From contig JBFWNL010000006.1 of assembly GCA_050251055.1 (NCBI GenBank), forward strand, positions 32,001-96,000: DNA of 64,000 nt, written 5' to 3'. The notes beneath the pieces were generated by a model, which was not told the origin of the DNA, ran no database searches, and saw only the letters and a list, made by a program, of their open reading frames with translations. Position numbers and translations under genes: made by a program. This document shows positions 1-10,509 of the stretch, piece by piece; positions within the stretch are counted from its first letter, which is position 1, and the number at the start of each line of letters is the position of its first letter. This DNA is from Bacteriovoracia bacterium (lineage in GTDB: Bacteria; Bdellovibrionota; UBA1018; JBFWNL01).

Positions 1-1088
1 TGCGGCATCGCGCGCGAGTGGGCGACGAAAACCGCACCGGCTTTCCAGCCGGTGTCCCAATGTCGAAGATCCGTTAGGCGGTTTTCGCCCATGGACTTGG
101 CTCGCGCCTGCGTGCCGTCCCAGCTCACCCCCCCAGCCTCCCGCGCGGGTGGCGCCGGCCAGCGGACTTCGTCGCAGGGCTCTCCGTTGGATTTTTTCCC
201 TTGGATATAAAGGATGTTCCCGAGCCGCGCGTGCGCCACTGCGGAAGCGCCGAAGCGCTGGTGGCAGCCACCGCCGTATTGCGCGAGTACCGCGCGTTCG
301 CGACTTACTTCCTGCTCGGTGGGGACGTGATGAATCTTCCGCAGCATCGCCCAGGTGGCGTCGTCGTCCGCCCGGCATTCGATGGCGAGCGCGCCTTGCG
401 CCGGCGCGGTCGGATTCTCCTTCAGCGGCAGCACCATCCAGCGCAAGCCGCGCAGTAATTCGGAAAGCTCCCGGCGCCCGGCCTCGTCCGCCCAGAGGCG
501 CGCCAATCCCGCGAGCGCGAGCACCACGCCGTCCAGCGCGCGCGGCGAGCTAGACGGTTCACGCACGCGCCGTAACCGGGTGTTGACGTTGCCGCGGATC
601 TCTTCGAAAGCTAAAAGCGGCGGCGTCCCCGTCGATCCACCTGTGCTGAAACGAGGAAGCGCCTGGCGTAAAAACGGCGGGATATTCTCCAATCGCCGCG
701 GGGAAGAAGTGCCGATCTGCAGGGTTTCGCCGGCGCGGAGCTTTTCCATGACCTCGGGGCGGAACAAAACGATGTCGCGCGAGTTTTCGCGCTGGGGGAT
801 CGCGCCCAGCCGAATCGCCGTCGGACGCTCCAAGCTTAGGTCCTTCATGGAGTGCACGGTGAAGTCGACCTCGCCGCGAGTAAGTGCCTGGTCGAGTTCG
901 GCCACGAAGAACTCCTTGCCCTCAACCTGGCGCAACGGCACGTCGACGATGCGGTCGCCTTGCGTCTCAATGCCCACGAGTTCCACGGAGGTGGCGGGGT
1001 TTGCCCGCTCGATTTCTCTCGCCACCCAGGCGCTTTGCGCCATCGCCAGGAGCGAGCGGCGGGTACCGAGTTTCAACTTTTTCGTCAT
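1..1088 (-). CDS. hemC: Hydroxymethylbilane synthase, 3' end runs off the window; longer than a plain HemC, possibly a HemC-HemD fusion
   Basis: Not in the ORF track because there is no stop in the window. Manual translation from ATG 1088 gives MTKKLKLGTRRSLLAMAQ..GIETQGD..VHSMKDL..IGTSSPRR..IRGNVNTRL..APAQGALAIECR..GGGCHQ; frame stays open to position 1. Confidence 0.9.
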   Translation of the reverse strand, partial: MTKKLKLGTRRSLLAMAQSAWVAREIERANPATSVELVGIETQGDRIVDVPLRQVEGKEFFVAELDQALTRGEVDFTVHSMKDLSLERPTAIRLGAIPQRENSRDIVLFRPEVMEKLRAGETLQIGTSSPRRLENIPPFLRQALPRFSTGGSTGTPPLLAFEEIRGNVNTRLRRVREPSSSPRALDGVVLALAGLARLWADEAGRRELSELLRGLRWMVLPLKENPTAPAQGALAIECRADDDATWAMLRKIHHVPTEQEVSRERAVLAQYGGGCHQRFGASAVAHARLGNILYIQGKKSNGEPCDEVRWPAPPAREAGGVSWDGTQARAKSMGENRLTDLRHWDTGWKAGAVFVAHSRAMP

Positions 1089-1112
1089 TTCTTTACTGTC
1101 CTGAGTATCCAG

Positions 1113-2078
1113 TTATCCAAACGCGGCCAGGTCTTCCCAGCCGTGGGGAAGATTAGCCGAATCGCCGGCCGCCAAGAAGCGCAATTTCGCGCGTTCGGCG
1201 CAGGCGGCGAGCGCCTTTTGGACGCGCTGGGACTTCGCCGAGTGCAGTGAGTTTTGCAGGGCAAACAGATCGTCGATCGAAAGGAAGCGGGTGACGGGCG
1301 ACCAAACCGCTTTCTCGGCCGCGGCGCAGCCAAGGTGGAGCACCGTGCCCATGAACTCGCCCAGGCCTTCGGCGCGCGCCTGGTCGGCCTGCGCGTCATG
1401 AGGAATGCAGAGCAGGGCATGGCCGCTTTGCTCCCAGCCGTCCTTTTCGTCTTCCACGACTGAAACCCTGGCTTGGGGCTGGAGGCTCTTTACTTTCTCC
1501 GCCAGCGCGAAGGCTTTATCCAAGCTGCGATTCCAGATCACGAGCTCGTGCTCCAGTAGATAGGGCACGACCGAATACGCGATTTTTCCCGCGCCTAGAA
1601 TAAAAAGTTTGCCCTCGCTCGGCGCGGGCAACGCTTTGCGCACGAGCGTGCCGTAGGATCCTCCGCCCAGGCCTTGCAGATGAGTAGAACGAATCTCCTT
1701 CGTGTCTTCGAATAGCCGTTGCATGCGCGGGCGCAGATCGGTCAAAACGACGTGTGATTGGCAGGGAACCGGGCGGGTGTGTATTTTCTCGAATTTCGCC
1801 CAGGCTTCCTTGATTTGGCCGAAGATATCGGTTTCGCCGATGACGGCGCTTTCGAGTCCGCACGCGATGCGCAGCAAGAAATCGTAGGCGGCTTCGCCCT
1901 CGAAGAGATCGAAGCCTTCGAAACCCTCCGCGAGCCTGCGTGCGAGCAAAGGGTCGTTGCCCAGCCAGAAGTAACGCTGGCACGTATCGACGAAAAAAAG
2001 CCCGTGCGTGCCTAAATTTAAAGGACGTGCTTCTTGATTCTTGCGATAATGGAGAAGCACGAACTTGGAATCAGCCAT
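1113..2078 (-). CDS. hemA: Glutamyl-tRNA reductase (short, divergent)
   Basis: DTCQR (TCxR catalytic Cys), GLESAVIGETDIFGQIK, Rossmann GAGKIA, WNRS; adjacent to hemC. Start moved to ATG 2078, after a TACACT -10 box. Confidence 0.85.
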   Translation of the reverse strand: MADSKFVLLHYRKNQEARPLNLGTHGLFFVDTCQRYFWLGNDPLLARRLAEGFEGFDLFEGEAAYDFLLRIACGLESAVIGETDIFGQIKEAWAKFEKIHTRPVPCQSHVVLTDLRPRMQRLFEDTKEIRSTHLQGLGGGSYGTLVRKALPAPSEGKLFILGAGKIAYSVVPYLLEHELVIWNRSLDKAFALAEKVKSLQPQARVSVVEDEKDGWEQSGHALLCIPHDAQADQARAEGLGEFMGTVLHLGCAAAEKAVWSPVTRFLSIDDLFALQNSLHSAKSQRVQKALAACAERAKLRFLAAGDSANLPHGWEDLAAFG

Positions 2079-2132
2079 GCTCTTAGTGTACGTAATCCAG
2101 GTTTTCATTTGTCACCCAAAAGTCACCGCGCC

Positions 2133-2876
2133 ATGAATGACAACATATTGAAATTAAAAAGAATTTTAGCTTACACCGACGGCTCCGCCCTCGGAAATCC
2201 CGGTCCCGGGGGGTGGGGCGTGCTTTGCGTGTTGCCGACGGGCGAGGTGATCGAGCGCGGGGGATCTGAGCGCATCACCACGAACAACCGGATGGAGCTA
2301 AAGGCGGCGATCGAGACGTTGATCGCGGTGGCCGAAGTTCCCGGTCCGGTGGAGATCCTCACCGATTCAAAATACCTGATTGAGGGTTCCACGCGCTGGA
2401 TTTTTTCGTGGCGTAGGCGCGGGTGGAAAACGATGGAAGGCCAGCCGGTGGCTAACCGGGAATTGTGGGAGCAGCTGGGCGAGCTGATCGCCGGCCGCAC
2501 CGCGGGGCTCACCTGGACGCACGTCGATGCCCACCGCGGCGTGCCCGGCAACGAGCGCGTGGATCAAATCGCGCAAGGCTTCGCGGCGGACAATCACGTG
2601 GATCTCTATGCGGGACCGCTCGAGAACTATTCGATCACCCTCGATGACTTATTGAACACCGATCCCCGTCTGCTCAAAAAAACCACGGGCGGATCGAAGA
2701 ACAAAGGACCGGGTTTCTCGTACCTGAGCCTGGTCGATGGTAAGGTCATGCGCCATGCGACGTGGCCCGAATGCGAAGCGCGCGTGAAGGGACGCTCGGG
2801 GGCCAAGTACAAAAAGGCGATGTCGCCGGCCGACGAACAGGAAATCCTGAAGGCCTGGGGCGTCTCGCTTGCCTGA
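2133..2876 (+). CDS. rnhA: Ribonuclease HI with C-terminal hybrid-binding (Cauli_VI/viroplasmin-like) domain
   Basis: YTDGSALGNPGPGGW, TNNRMEL, TDSKY, NRELW, GNERVD; C-terminal TWPECEARVKGRSGAKYKK. Start uncertain. Confidence 0.9.
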   Translation: MNDNILKLKRILAYTDGSALGNPGPGGWGVLCVLPTGEVIERGGSERITTNNRMELKAAIETLIAVAEVPGPVEILTDSKYLIEGSTRWIFSWRRRGWKTMEGQPVANRELWEQLGELIAGRTAGLTWTHVDAHRGVPGNERVDQIAQGFAADNHVDLYAGPLENYSITLDDLLNTDPRLLKKTTGGSKNKGPGFSYLSLVDGKVMRHATWPECEARVKGRSGAKYKKAMSPADEQEILKAWGVSLA

Positions 2877-3789
2877 GCCGATTCTCGCGCCGGCCCACCA
2901 AAAACCGTTGAAAGAAGCCGAAAATGCGTGGCGTGCGTTCGGCTGGATGCTGCTCAGCTGCCTGCTGTTCACGGGCATGACGATCGTGGTGAAGGTCATG
3001 CCCACGGGCCTGCCCATCTTCGAAATGGTTTTCTTCCGCCAGCTCATCAGCTTCGCGATCGTGTTTCCCCTGGCCTGGCGAAAGCGCCCCGACTTTTTCC
3101 CCGCTACCGGGAAATCTATTTTATTCATGCGCGGCCTCGCGGGCTTTGTTGGGTTGGCTTGCTTCTTCTTCACCATCCGCCAGTTGCCACTTGCGGCCGC
3201 GAACATGTTCGTGCAGCTCGCCCCGCTCTTCGTGCTGATCTTGTCCGTGATTTTCCTCCAGGAAAAAATCCGCGCGCAGATCTGGCTTTGGTTTTTTCTG
3301 GCGTTCCTGGGTTTGTGCCTGGTGCTCGGCATCGACTTTGGCACTGGCTCGATGCATTGGCCTTGGCTACCGGTCATCGTGGGAACTTTGGGCTCTTGCT
3401 TTTCGGCGGGCGCGTATCTCGCCGTGCGCGCGGCCACCGCGCGTTTCAGTAACTCGCTCATTCTGACTTACTTCTCCGTGACGGGCGCGGTCCTCGCCGT
3501 TCCTCCGATGCTCTGGTACGGATACCGGGTTCCGAGCGCCGCGCAATGGGCGGGCTTGTTTGGGATCGGCGTCTTCGCCACGCTCGCGCAGCTGGCGATG
3601 ACCGAGGCCTATCGCCATGCCCGGGCCTCAAGAGTGGCGCCCATGGGTTTGATGAGTGTGGTTGTTTCTTCGATAGTTGGGTGGCTTACTTTCCAAGAAG
3701 TATTGAATACGGCGCAATGGGTCGGCCTTGGGCTCATCGTGCTCGGGGTGAGCGAGGTAGCGGCCCAGGGAAGTAAGAAAACTAAATAA
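2869..3789 (+). CDS. DMT/EamA family transporter
   Basis: About 10 hydrophobic helices in two EamA-like repeats (FFRQL..RGLAG..PLFVLILS..FLQEKI; AQLAMTEAYRHA). Confidence 0.85.
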   Translation: MPEPILAPAHQKPLKEAENAWRAFGWMLLSCLLFTGMTIVVKVMPTGLPIFEMVFFRQLISFAIVFPLAWRKRPDFFPATGKSILFMRGLAGFVGLACFFFTIRQLPLAAANMFVQLAPLFVLILSVIFLQEKIRAQIWLWFFLAFLGLCLVLGIDFGTGSMHWPWLPVIVGTLGSCFSAGAYLAVRAATARFSNSLILTYFSVTGAVLAVPPMLWYGYRVPSAAQWAGLFGIGVFATLAQLAMTEAYRHARASRVAPMGLMSVVVSSIVGWLTFQEVLNTAQWVGLGLIVLGVSEVAAQGSKKTK

Positions 3790-3824
3790 TTTCAATTCAT
3801 TATAAACATAACGCGTAACATTAT

Positions 3825-3837
3825 AATCAGTTATTTG
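3825..3837 (+). promoter_or_regulatory. IHF-like site in AT-rich intergenic region
   Basis: AATCAGTTATTTG matches WATCARNNNNTTR. Confidence 0.3.
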
Positions 3838-3891
3838 GCGTGATTCTAAACTTATTCTGAAACCCGCGTTAACTTGCGGTATTAAAAGGGG

Positions 3892-4347
3892 ATGCTTCAA
3901 ACGGGTTTGAATCCGGCCACGCCAGTTTGGGTGGACCCTGGGAAGGGTGTCCTTCGCTCCGCCGTGGAGTTCCTTGCTTCGTCATTTCCTCGTTTCAACT
4001 GGGTGGGCGTCTACGTTTTGAAGGGTGACGTTCTGGAACTCGGACCGTTCGTGGGCGAGCCCTCCCCGCACACCCGGATCCAGGTGGGCGTGGGTGTCTG
4101 CGGGACGGCCGTGGCCGAAAACGCGGATCAGAACGTGCCAGATGTTCGGGAGCGGAAGAACTACCTCGCTTGTAGCCTGACGACGCGGTCGGAGCTCGTG
4201 GTGCTCGTCCGGGACCGGGCGGGAAAAATTTTAGGTCAGATCGATATCGACAGCTACACGGTCAACGCTTTCGGTTCCCGCGAGGAATCGGTCGTGCGTG
4301 AAGTCGCCCAATACCTGGGCGGAGTTTGGCCCGAATCATTGGCGTAG
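3892..4347 (+). CDS. GAF-domain protein, free methionine-(R)-sulfoxide reductase (MsrC/YebR-like)
   Basis: NWVGVY..LGPFVG..GVCGTA..YLAC..SELVV..IDIDS. Confidence 0.75.
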   Translation: MLQTGLNPATPVWVDPGKGVLRSAVEFLASSFPRFNWVGVYVLKGDVLELGPFVGEPSPHTRIQVGVGVCGTAVAENADQNVPDVRERKNYLACSLTTRSELVVLVRDRAGKILGQIDIDSYTVNAFGSREESVVREVAQYLGGVWPESLA

Positions 4348-4358
4348 AGGGGATTAAG

Positions 4359-4937
4359 ATGGAGAGAGTACGGAAGTCGAAAGCGAAGCCCACGTTGGAA
4401 TCTATCTTCTTCGTGACCCCCGAACAGCGTCTCCTGCGCTTCCTCGTGTCGGAGTCCACGAGCTCCTTCACGCCGCGCGTGCTTTCCTCCAAGCTCAAGG
4501 GCGTGCGTGGTCTGGGTGGCGCCGACGGCATCTCCCGCATCTTGAAGCTTTTGCAGGAAGTCGGCATGGTTTCGTTCGTGAACAACAACCAGGCCGTGAT
4601 GTGCCAGAACGACAGCGTCTACATCCGGGCGCTTAAAACTTTTTCCGCGCTATGCGATCTCGAGGGGTTGCAGCTGCAGCTCGAGCCGCTGTCCACGAAG
4701 GGCGTGCTCTACGGCAGTCGCGCCAATGGTACCTCCCGCACCGATAGCAATTACGATCTCTTCATTGTGACCGACACCCCGGACGAAGTGACCCGGATCG
4801 TGGAAGGCCATCCGCTCGGCAAGCGGCTGGGCCTCGAGACCATGACTCTCGACGATTACCTGCAGATCGAATCGAAGCAGCCTGAGTTCGCCAAGAAGCT
4901 CGCCAAGGGCATCGTCATGTGGGGGTCGAGCTGGTGA
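4359..4937 (+). CDS. Winged-helix plus minimal nucleotidyltransferase (MNT/Pol-beta-like) protein
   Basis: N-terminal wHTH-like segment ([21 protein letters not shown]); [17 protein letters not shown]; C-terminal GIVMW. Stop overlaps the ileS start (GTGA). Confidence 0.7.
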   Translation: MERVRKSKAKPTLESIFFVTPEQRLLRFLVSESTSSFTPRVLSSKLKGVRGLGGADGISRILKLLQEVGMVSFVNNNQAVMCQNDSVYIRALKTFSALCDLEGLQLQLEPLSTKGVLYGSRANGTSRTDSNYDLFIVTDTPDEVTRIVEGHPLGKRLGLETMTLDDYLQIESKQPEFAKKLAKGIVMWGSSW

Positions 4938-7774
4938 GCGGACCCGGGAAGGAGGGCGCGGGCGCGCCCGACTACAAAGACACCTTGAACTTGCCCGTCA
5001 CCGACTTCGCCATGCGGGCTTCGCTTCCGCAGCGCGAGCCGGAGCAGGTCGCGCGCTGGCTGCAAGATCGCGTTTATCAGCGCATGGTGGAGAAAAACCG
5101 CAAATCGGGCAAGGGACGTTTCATTCTGCACGACGGCCCCCCTTACGCGAACGGCGACATCCACATCGGCCACGCGCTCAATAAGATTCTCAAGGACATC
5201 GTCGTTAAATACAAAAACATGTGCGGCTTTGAGGCCCCCTACGTGCCGGGCTGGGACTGTCACGGTTTGCCGATTGAGCTGGGTGCCGAAAAAATCCTGA
5301 AGGATCAAAAACGCGAAAAAAGCACCGTGCCGGTGGTGGAACTGCGCCAGATTTGCCGCGATTACGCGAAGAAATACATCGGCATCCAGATGGAGCAGTT
5401 CAAGCGGCTGGAAATCTTCGGCGACTGGGAAAATCGTTACGCGACCATGGATGACTCGTATGTCGCGTCGATCCTGCGCGAGCTCGGTCGCTGCGCGAAG
5501 GCGGGCGTGCTGTATAAGGGCAACAAGCCGGTGCACTGGTGCCCCTCCTGCGGCACCGCGCTCGCGGAGGCCGAGATCGAGTACGCGGACAAGAAAAGCC
5601 CTTCGATTTACGTGAAATTTGATCTGGAACCCGCCGCGATCGCGGCCGTGCCGGAGCTGGCCGCGGCCGTGAAAAAGCACGCGCCGAAGCGTACGGCGAT
5701 GCTTATCTGGACGACGACTCCCTGGACGCTACCCGCGAACTTAGGCATCTCGCTGCATCCTGATTTTGAATACACCGCCGTCAAGACGAGCGACGGCGAG
5801 CTATGGGTATTGGCCGAAGGCCTCGTCGAAGGATTCTCGAAGGCCGTGGGCCGGGAGGGGCAGCTTGAGGTGGTGGCGAAGTTCGCCTCGACGCAGCTTG
5901 AGCGCCAAAACGCCCGCCACCCCTTCATCGATCGACCGTCGCTCATCATGCTCGGTACGCACGTGACTTTGGAAGCGGGCACGGGCGCCGTGCACACGGC
6001 CCCGGGCCACGGCGTGGACGATTACAAAATCGGCCTGCGTTACGGTCTTCCGATCGTCGCGCCGGTGAACGGCAAGGGTTGTTACACGGCTGATTTCGCG
6101 CCCATGCAGAGTCAGTTCGTATTCAAGGCGAACGAACCCATTGTTAACCTGCTGCGCGAGTCGGGTCACCTCGTCGGCCATCAAGACATCCAGCACAGCT
6201 ATCCGCATTGCTGGCGCTGCCACAATCCCGTGATCTTCCGCGCGACTCCCCAATGGTTCATCGGCATGGATCAACGCCCGGGCATCTCGCGCGATCTACG
6301 CAAAGAGGCGGTGCAAGGGATCCATCAAGTTAAGTGGGTGCCGGCTTGGGGTATTAACCGGATTTTAGGGATGGTCGAAGGACGCCCGGACTGGTGCATC
6401 TCGCGTCAGCGCGCCTGGGGCGTACCGATCACCGTGTTTTACTGCGCGAGCTGCGAGGAGCCGGCCGCCGGGCAGGAAGTTTTCGATCACGTCGCGGGAT
6501 TGGTGGAAGCGCAGGGCGCGGACGTCTGGTTCAAGGAATCCGCGGAAAAGCTGCATCCCTCGGGACTGACGTGCGGCAAATGCGCGGGCACGAAGTTCAC
6601 CAAGGAGACGGACATCCTGGATGTCTGGTTTGATTCGGGCGTGAGCCACGCCGCGGTTTGCGAAGAGCGCGAGCTGGGCTGGCCGGCGGATCTGTATCTC
6701 GAAGGAAGCGATCAGCATCGCGGTTGGTTCCAGACGTCGCTGCTTACCGCGGTCGCCACGCGGCGCGAACCGCCGTTCAAGGCCGTGCTCACCCACGGTT
6801 TCGTGAACGATGCCCAGGGCAAGAAAATGTCCAAGTCCAAGGGTAACGTCACCTCGCCGCTGGATTTGATGAAGACCCACGGTGCGGACGTGCTGCGCCT
6901 TTGGGTGGGCTTGGAAGATTATCGCAATGATCTGAGCTTTTCGAAGGAAAGCTTGGAGCGCGTTTCGGAAAGCTACCGCAAGATCCGCAATACCGTGCGC
7001 TTCCTGCTCGGAAATCTCAATGACTTCGATCCTGCGAAGGACGCGGTTCCACGCGAGAAAATGGGCGAACTCGACCGCTGGGCGCTCTCGCGCACGGCCC
7101 ACGTCATGAACCGCGTGACCCAGGCATACGACGACTACGAGTTCCATACGGTTTACCACCAGGTCGTGAACCTCTGCGCGGTGGATCTCTCGGCGGTTTA
7201 TTTCGACATCTTGAAGGATCGTCTGTATACCGCCGGCAAAAAATCAGCCGAACGTCGCTCTTCGCAGACCGCGATGTTCCATGTCTTGAGCGCGCTCCTG
7301 CGCGGCTTGGCCCCGATCCTGTCGTTCACCTCGGAAGAGGCCTGGCAGATGATCCCGGGCCTTCCGCGGGAGTCCATTTTTCTGCAACCCTTTCCGCGGG
7401 ACACGCAAGGCTTGGCGGATTGGCTCGATGAGAAGGTCGAAGCCGCGTTCGCCCCGGTTTGGGAAACGCGCGAGATCGTGATGAAAGCTTTGGAAGAGGC
7501 CCGCGCGCAGAAGGTCATCGGTCACCCGCGCGAAGCCCACGTCGTGCTCACCGTGCCGGCCGACACGCAGACCAAACTCAATGGCGTGCGGGAAGACCTC
7601 TCGCGCTTGTTCCTGGTTAGCCAGTTTACGCTCCAGGCCGGTTCCGCCGTGAAGGTCGAGATCAAGACCGCGACCGGCGAGAAATGCGCGCGTTGCTGGG
7701 TTTACAAACCCGAAGTAGGGAAAGATTCCCGGCACCCCGCGCTCTGCGCGCGCTGCGTGGAGGCCGTCGGGTGA
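4934..7774 (+). CDS. ileS: Isoleucyl-tRNA ligase (bacterial type 1)
   Basis: [36 protein letters not shown]-terminal CARC..CARC Zn finger. Confidence 0.98.
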   Translation: MSGPGKEGAGAPDYKDTLNLPVTDFAMRASLPQREPEQVARWLQDRVYQRMVEKNRKSGKGRFILHDGPPYANGDIHIGHALNKILKDIVVKYKNMCGFEAPYVPGWDCHGLPIELGAEKILKDQKREKSTVPVVELRQICRDYAKKYIGIQMEQFKRLEIFGDWENRYATMDDSYVASILRELGRCAKAGVLYKGNKPVHWCPSCGTALAEAEIEYADKKSPSIYVKFDLEPAAIAAVPELAAAVKKHAPKRTAMLIWTTTPWTLPANLGISLHPDFEYTAVKTSDGELWVLAEGLVEGFSKAVGREGQLEVVAKFASTQLERQNARHPFIDRPSLIMLGTHVTLEAGTGAVHTAPGHGVDDYKIGLRYGLPIVAPVNGKGCYTADFAPMQSQFVFKANEPIVNLLRESGHLVGHQDIQHSYPHCWRCHNPVIFRATPQWFIGMDQRPGISRDLRKEAVQGIHQVKWVPAWGINRILGMVEGRPDWCISRQRAWGVPITVFYCASCEEPAAGQEVFDHVAGLVEAQGADVWFKESAEKLHPSGLTCGKCAGTKFTKETDILDVWFDSGVSHAAVCEERELGWPADLYLEGSDQHRGWFQTSLLTAVATRREPPFKAVLTHGFVNDAQGKKMSKSKGNVTSPLDLMKTHGADVLRLWVGLEDYRNDLSFSKESLERVSESYRKIRNTVRFLLGNLNDFDPAKDAVPREKMGELDRWALSRTAHVMNRVTQAYDDYEFHTVYHQVVNLCAVDLSAVYFDILKDRLYTAGKKSAERRSSQTAMFHVLSALLRGLAPILSFTSEEAWQMIPGLPRESIFLQPFPRDTQGLADWLDEKVEAAFAPVWETREIVMKALEEARAQKVIGHPREAHVVLTVPADTQTKLNGVREDLSRLFLVSQFTLQAGSAVKVEIKTATGEKCARCWVYKPEVGKDSRHPALCARCVEAVG

Positions 7775-8286
7775 GAAAGTGGAAGGTCTTGGTGGGCCTT
7801 ACCCTGGGCGTACTCGTTTTGGATCAAATCACCAAGTGGTTGGTGATGGTCAACTTTCGGCTACATGAAACCCGTCCTATCATCGAAGGATACTTCAATC
7901 TGACTTACATTCGGAACACGGGCGCCGCTTTCGGGATCTTCGCTAACGCCGATCCCGCCTTTCGCGTGCCCTTTTTCTTGATCATCCCGCTAGCCGCGCT
8001 GGCGGTGATCGCCCTGGTATTCCGGCGCCTTCCACCGGAGAACGTCGGCGTGGCCTCGGCGCTGTCGCTCGTGATCGGAGGAGCTGTCGGAAACCTGATC
8101 GACCGGGTTCGGTTTGGCTCGGTCGTCGATTTCCTGGATTTTCACTGGCAGTATGTGAAGCATTTTCCGGCGTTTAACGTCGCGGATATGGCGATTTGCG
8201 TCGGCGTCGGCATCCTGATGGTGGATTTACTTTTCAATAAAGAGCATACTGAAAGCAAGGAAGCCCATGTATCCAATTTTATTTAG
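7771..8286 (+). CDS. lspA: Lipoprotein signal peptidase II
   Basis: DQITK, NTGAAFG, GNLIDR, VVDF, FNVAD; classic ileS-lspA coupling. Confidence 0.97.
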   Translation: MRKWKVLVGLTLGVLVLDQITKWLVMVNFRLHETRPIIEGYFNLTYIRNTGAAFGIFANADPAFRVPFFLIIPLAALAVIALVFRRLPPENVGVASALSLVIGGAVGNLIDRVRFGSVVDFLDFHWQYVKHFPAFNVADMAICVGVGILMVDLLFNKEHTESKEAHVSNFI

Positions 8287-9055
8287 CATCGGATCCTTCT
8301 CCGTCCATACCTACGGCGTATTCGCCGCCATCGGCTTCTTAGCCGGGGTGGCCGTCGTGAAGTATATGTCGCGCGAGCTGAAGCTCGACGTCGAGACCAT
8401 GGTCGATTTCACGTTCTGGAACATGCTCTTGGGCTTCGTGGGCGCCCGCATCCTATTTGTGTTCACGCGTCTCGAGTATTTCATGGGCGATCCGCTCGCC
8501 ATCTTCCGGATTTGGGAAGGCGGGCTCGTGTTCTACGGCGGGCTGATCCTCGATATCGCGTTTTCATTCTGGTATACGAAAAAGAAAAATATCTCGATGT
8601 GGACCGCGCTCGACGTTATGACGCCGGCTCTGGCGATCGCGCACATGTTTGGCCGCTTCGGGTGTTTCAGCGCGGGTTGCTGCTATGGCCGTCCCACCGA
8701 CTCCATTTTCGGCGTGCGTTTTAACTCGGAGCTGGTTGACGTCTCCCTGCGCGGGGTTCCGTTGCATCCGACTCAGCTCTACGAAGCGTTCGCGCTCTTC
8801 GTCGTTTTCCTGGGCCTGATGTGGGTTTTCAAGCGCCGCCGATTCGTGGGGCAGGTGGGCTTGACCTATATGATCGTTTACCCGATCGTTCGTATCTGCG
8901 TGGAGTATTTCCGCGGCGACCAGATCCGCGGGTTCGTCATCCAGGACTATCTTTCCACCAGCCAGTTCATTTCCGTGATCTTAGTTTCGATCGCGATCGT
9001 GGTTTTCATCCGCCGCGCCGGCTCGGCGATGCGCGCTTCGGGAAGGCCCGCTTAA
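8267..9055 (+). CDS. lgt: Prolipoprotein diacylglyceryl transferase
   Basis: GARILF, IWEGGLVFYGG, GRFGCF, HPTQLYE, EYFRGD. Confidence 0.96.
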   Translation: MYPILFSIGSFSVHTYGVFAAIGFLAGVAVVKYMSRELKLDVETMVDFTFWNMLLGFVGARILFVFTRLEYFMGDPLAIFRIWEGGLVFYGGLILDIAFSFWYTKKKNISMWTALDVMTPALAIAHMFGRFGCFSAGCCYGRPTDSIFGVRFNSELVDVSLRGVPLHPTQLYEAFALFVVFLGLMWVFKRRRFVGQVGLTYMIVYPIVRICVEYFRGDQIRGFVIQDYLSTSQFISVILVSIAIVVFIRRAGSAMRASGRPA

Positions 9056-9069
9056 ATGAGGGTCGGTCG

Positions 9070-9615
9070 ATGATGGATAGTCCGCTCTGGCTCGCCGCTT
9101 TGCTGATTTTTGCTTACCTCGTGGGCAGCTTGCGAACCTCGATGCTTTTCCGTAACTTAAAGCCCGGATTCGTCTTTTGGAGCTTGGATTTTCTTCGGGG
9201 CGCGCTCGCGGTCTTTTGCCTTTCGGAAATCGGCCAACCCTTGTTCCAGCCTTGGCTGGATTTTGGCTCCGCCGGAATGGGCGTCACGGCCGCGTTCGCC
9301 GCGCTTTTCTTGGCCGTGGTCGGGCACGCTTACTCTCCGTGGAAGCGTTTCCAGAGCGAAGTGCCGGATGTCGTTTTTTTGGGTGGGTTGGTATGGCTGG
9401 CGCCAATTCCGGTGGCGGGCTGGCTCGTGGCATGGTTTCTCGCTTTGCGAGTGACTGAGCAGGCGCCGGTTTCGCGCATGATCGGCTTGCTCGTTGCGTC
9501 CATTTTGCAAGTGTCCATCTATCCCCTCGACTACCGGATCTGGCTTTTCGGGGCTTCGGCATTCGCCATTCTTTGGGCTTTCGAGCCTGAGCTTGATTTT
9601 CTTTTGCAGGATTAA
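9070..9615 (+). CDS. PlsY-like membrane protein (degenerate)
   Basis: AYLVGSL..LDFLRG..AVVGHAYSPWKRF resembles PlsY, but the GSGNxGxTN and FxGGKG motifs are absent. Confidence 0.5.
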   Translation: MMDSPLWLAALLIFAYLVGSLRTSMLFRNLKPGFVFWSLDFLRGALAVFCLSEIGQPLFQPWLDFGSAGMGVTAAFAALFLAVVGHAYSPWKRFQSEVPDVVFLGGLVWLAPIPVAGWLVAWFLALRVTEQAPVSRMIGLLVASILQVSIYPLDYRIWLFGASAFAILWAFEPELDFLLQD

Positions 9616-10509
9616 ATGAAGAGGAAGTGGTTTAGGATTTGGGTGTTCGGCGCCGTGGCCACCGTCCTCGGTGCTTTCTCGGCCGTCGCTTACGAAGTCA
9701 CGGATGCGACCCAGACTCGCGTGGAGTTTCCACAGGCGCCGGCGCGGATCGTGACCTTGGCGCCGTCACTGGGCGAGCTTGCCGCCGATGTGCTGGAGCA
9801 GGACATCTCCCGTATCGTGGGGGTGAGCGAATATACTGATTTCCCGCCGGGCCTAAAGTCCGTGCCGTCGGTCGGCTCTTACGTTCGCCTGAATTTGGAA
9901 AAAATCGCCGTCCTGAAACCTGATCTGATCTTAGCTACGCGCGACGGCAACGAAAGAAGCCAGATCGTTCGCCTACGCGAGATGGGTTATCGCGTGGTCG
10001 TGGTCGAGACCGGAAATTTCGATCAAATCTCCGCTTCCTTTCGAATCGTGGCCGCCGCCTTGGGCCGGCCCGACAAAGGGATCCGCATGGCGGATTCGTT
10101 TCAGAAAGGATTGACGAAGCTCCGTCGGGCCAAGACCAGCTCCCGCGTGCTCTTACAGGTCGGCGACGATCCCCTGGTGGTGGCGGGGGGGGAATCTATC
10201 TTAAGTCGAGTCCTGGAGGTATTGGGCTTCACCAACGTCTACGCCGATCTTCGCCAGGGGTATCCGCGTCCATCGCGCGAGGATGTCTTTAAACGCTCTC
10301 CGGATACGGTTTTGATCCTGGCGCTCGGAACCGATCGTGCTCCTTATGAGCGGATGCTGAAGCGTTGGCGAGAGCTGGATTCCTTGCCCGCCGTCCGTGC
10401 GGGGCGCGTGAAGATCGTCGTGGCCGATGCCTTAGTGCGCCCGACGTTGCGGATGCTGGAAGGCATGGCTTTGCTGGAGCGGGAGTTAACCGCGGGGAAA
10501 TCGCCATGA
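9616..10509 (+). CDS. ABC transporter substrate-binding protein, BtuF/helical-backbone family
   Basis: Signal peptide; RIVTLAPS..VGVSEYTDFP..NLEKIAVLKPDLI. Confidence 0.85.
   Translation: MKRKWFRIWVFGAVATVLGAFSAVAYEVTDATQTRVEFPQAPARIVTLAPSLGELAADVLEQDISRIVGVSEYTDFPPGLKSVPSVGSYVRLNLEKIAVLKPDLILATRDGNERSQIVRLREMGYRVVVVETGNFDQISASFRIVAAALGRPDKGIRMADSFQKGLTKLRRAKTSSRVLLQVGDDPLVVAGGESILSRVLEVLGFTNVYADLRQGYPRPSREDVFKRSPDTVLILALGTDRAPYERMLKRWRELDSLPAVRAGRVKIVVADALVRPTLRMLEGMALLERELTAGKSP

Noticed and set aside
149-1104. Several + strand ORFs (149-553, 201-458, 355-1104)
   Set aside because: Antisense shadows of hemC, which the ORF track missed.
9560-9616. Cobalamin riboswitch upstream of the Btu-like transporter
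   Set aside because: No intergenic space (stop abuts start) and no B12-box seen.
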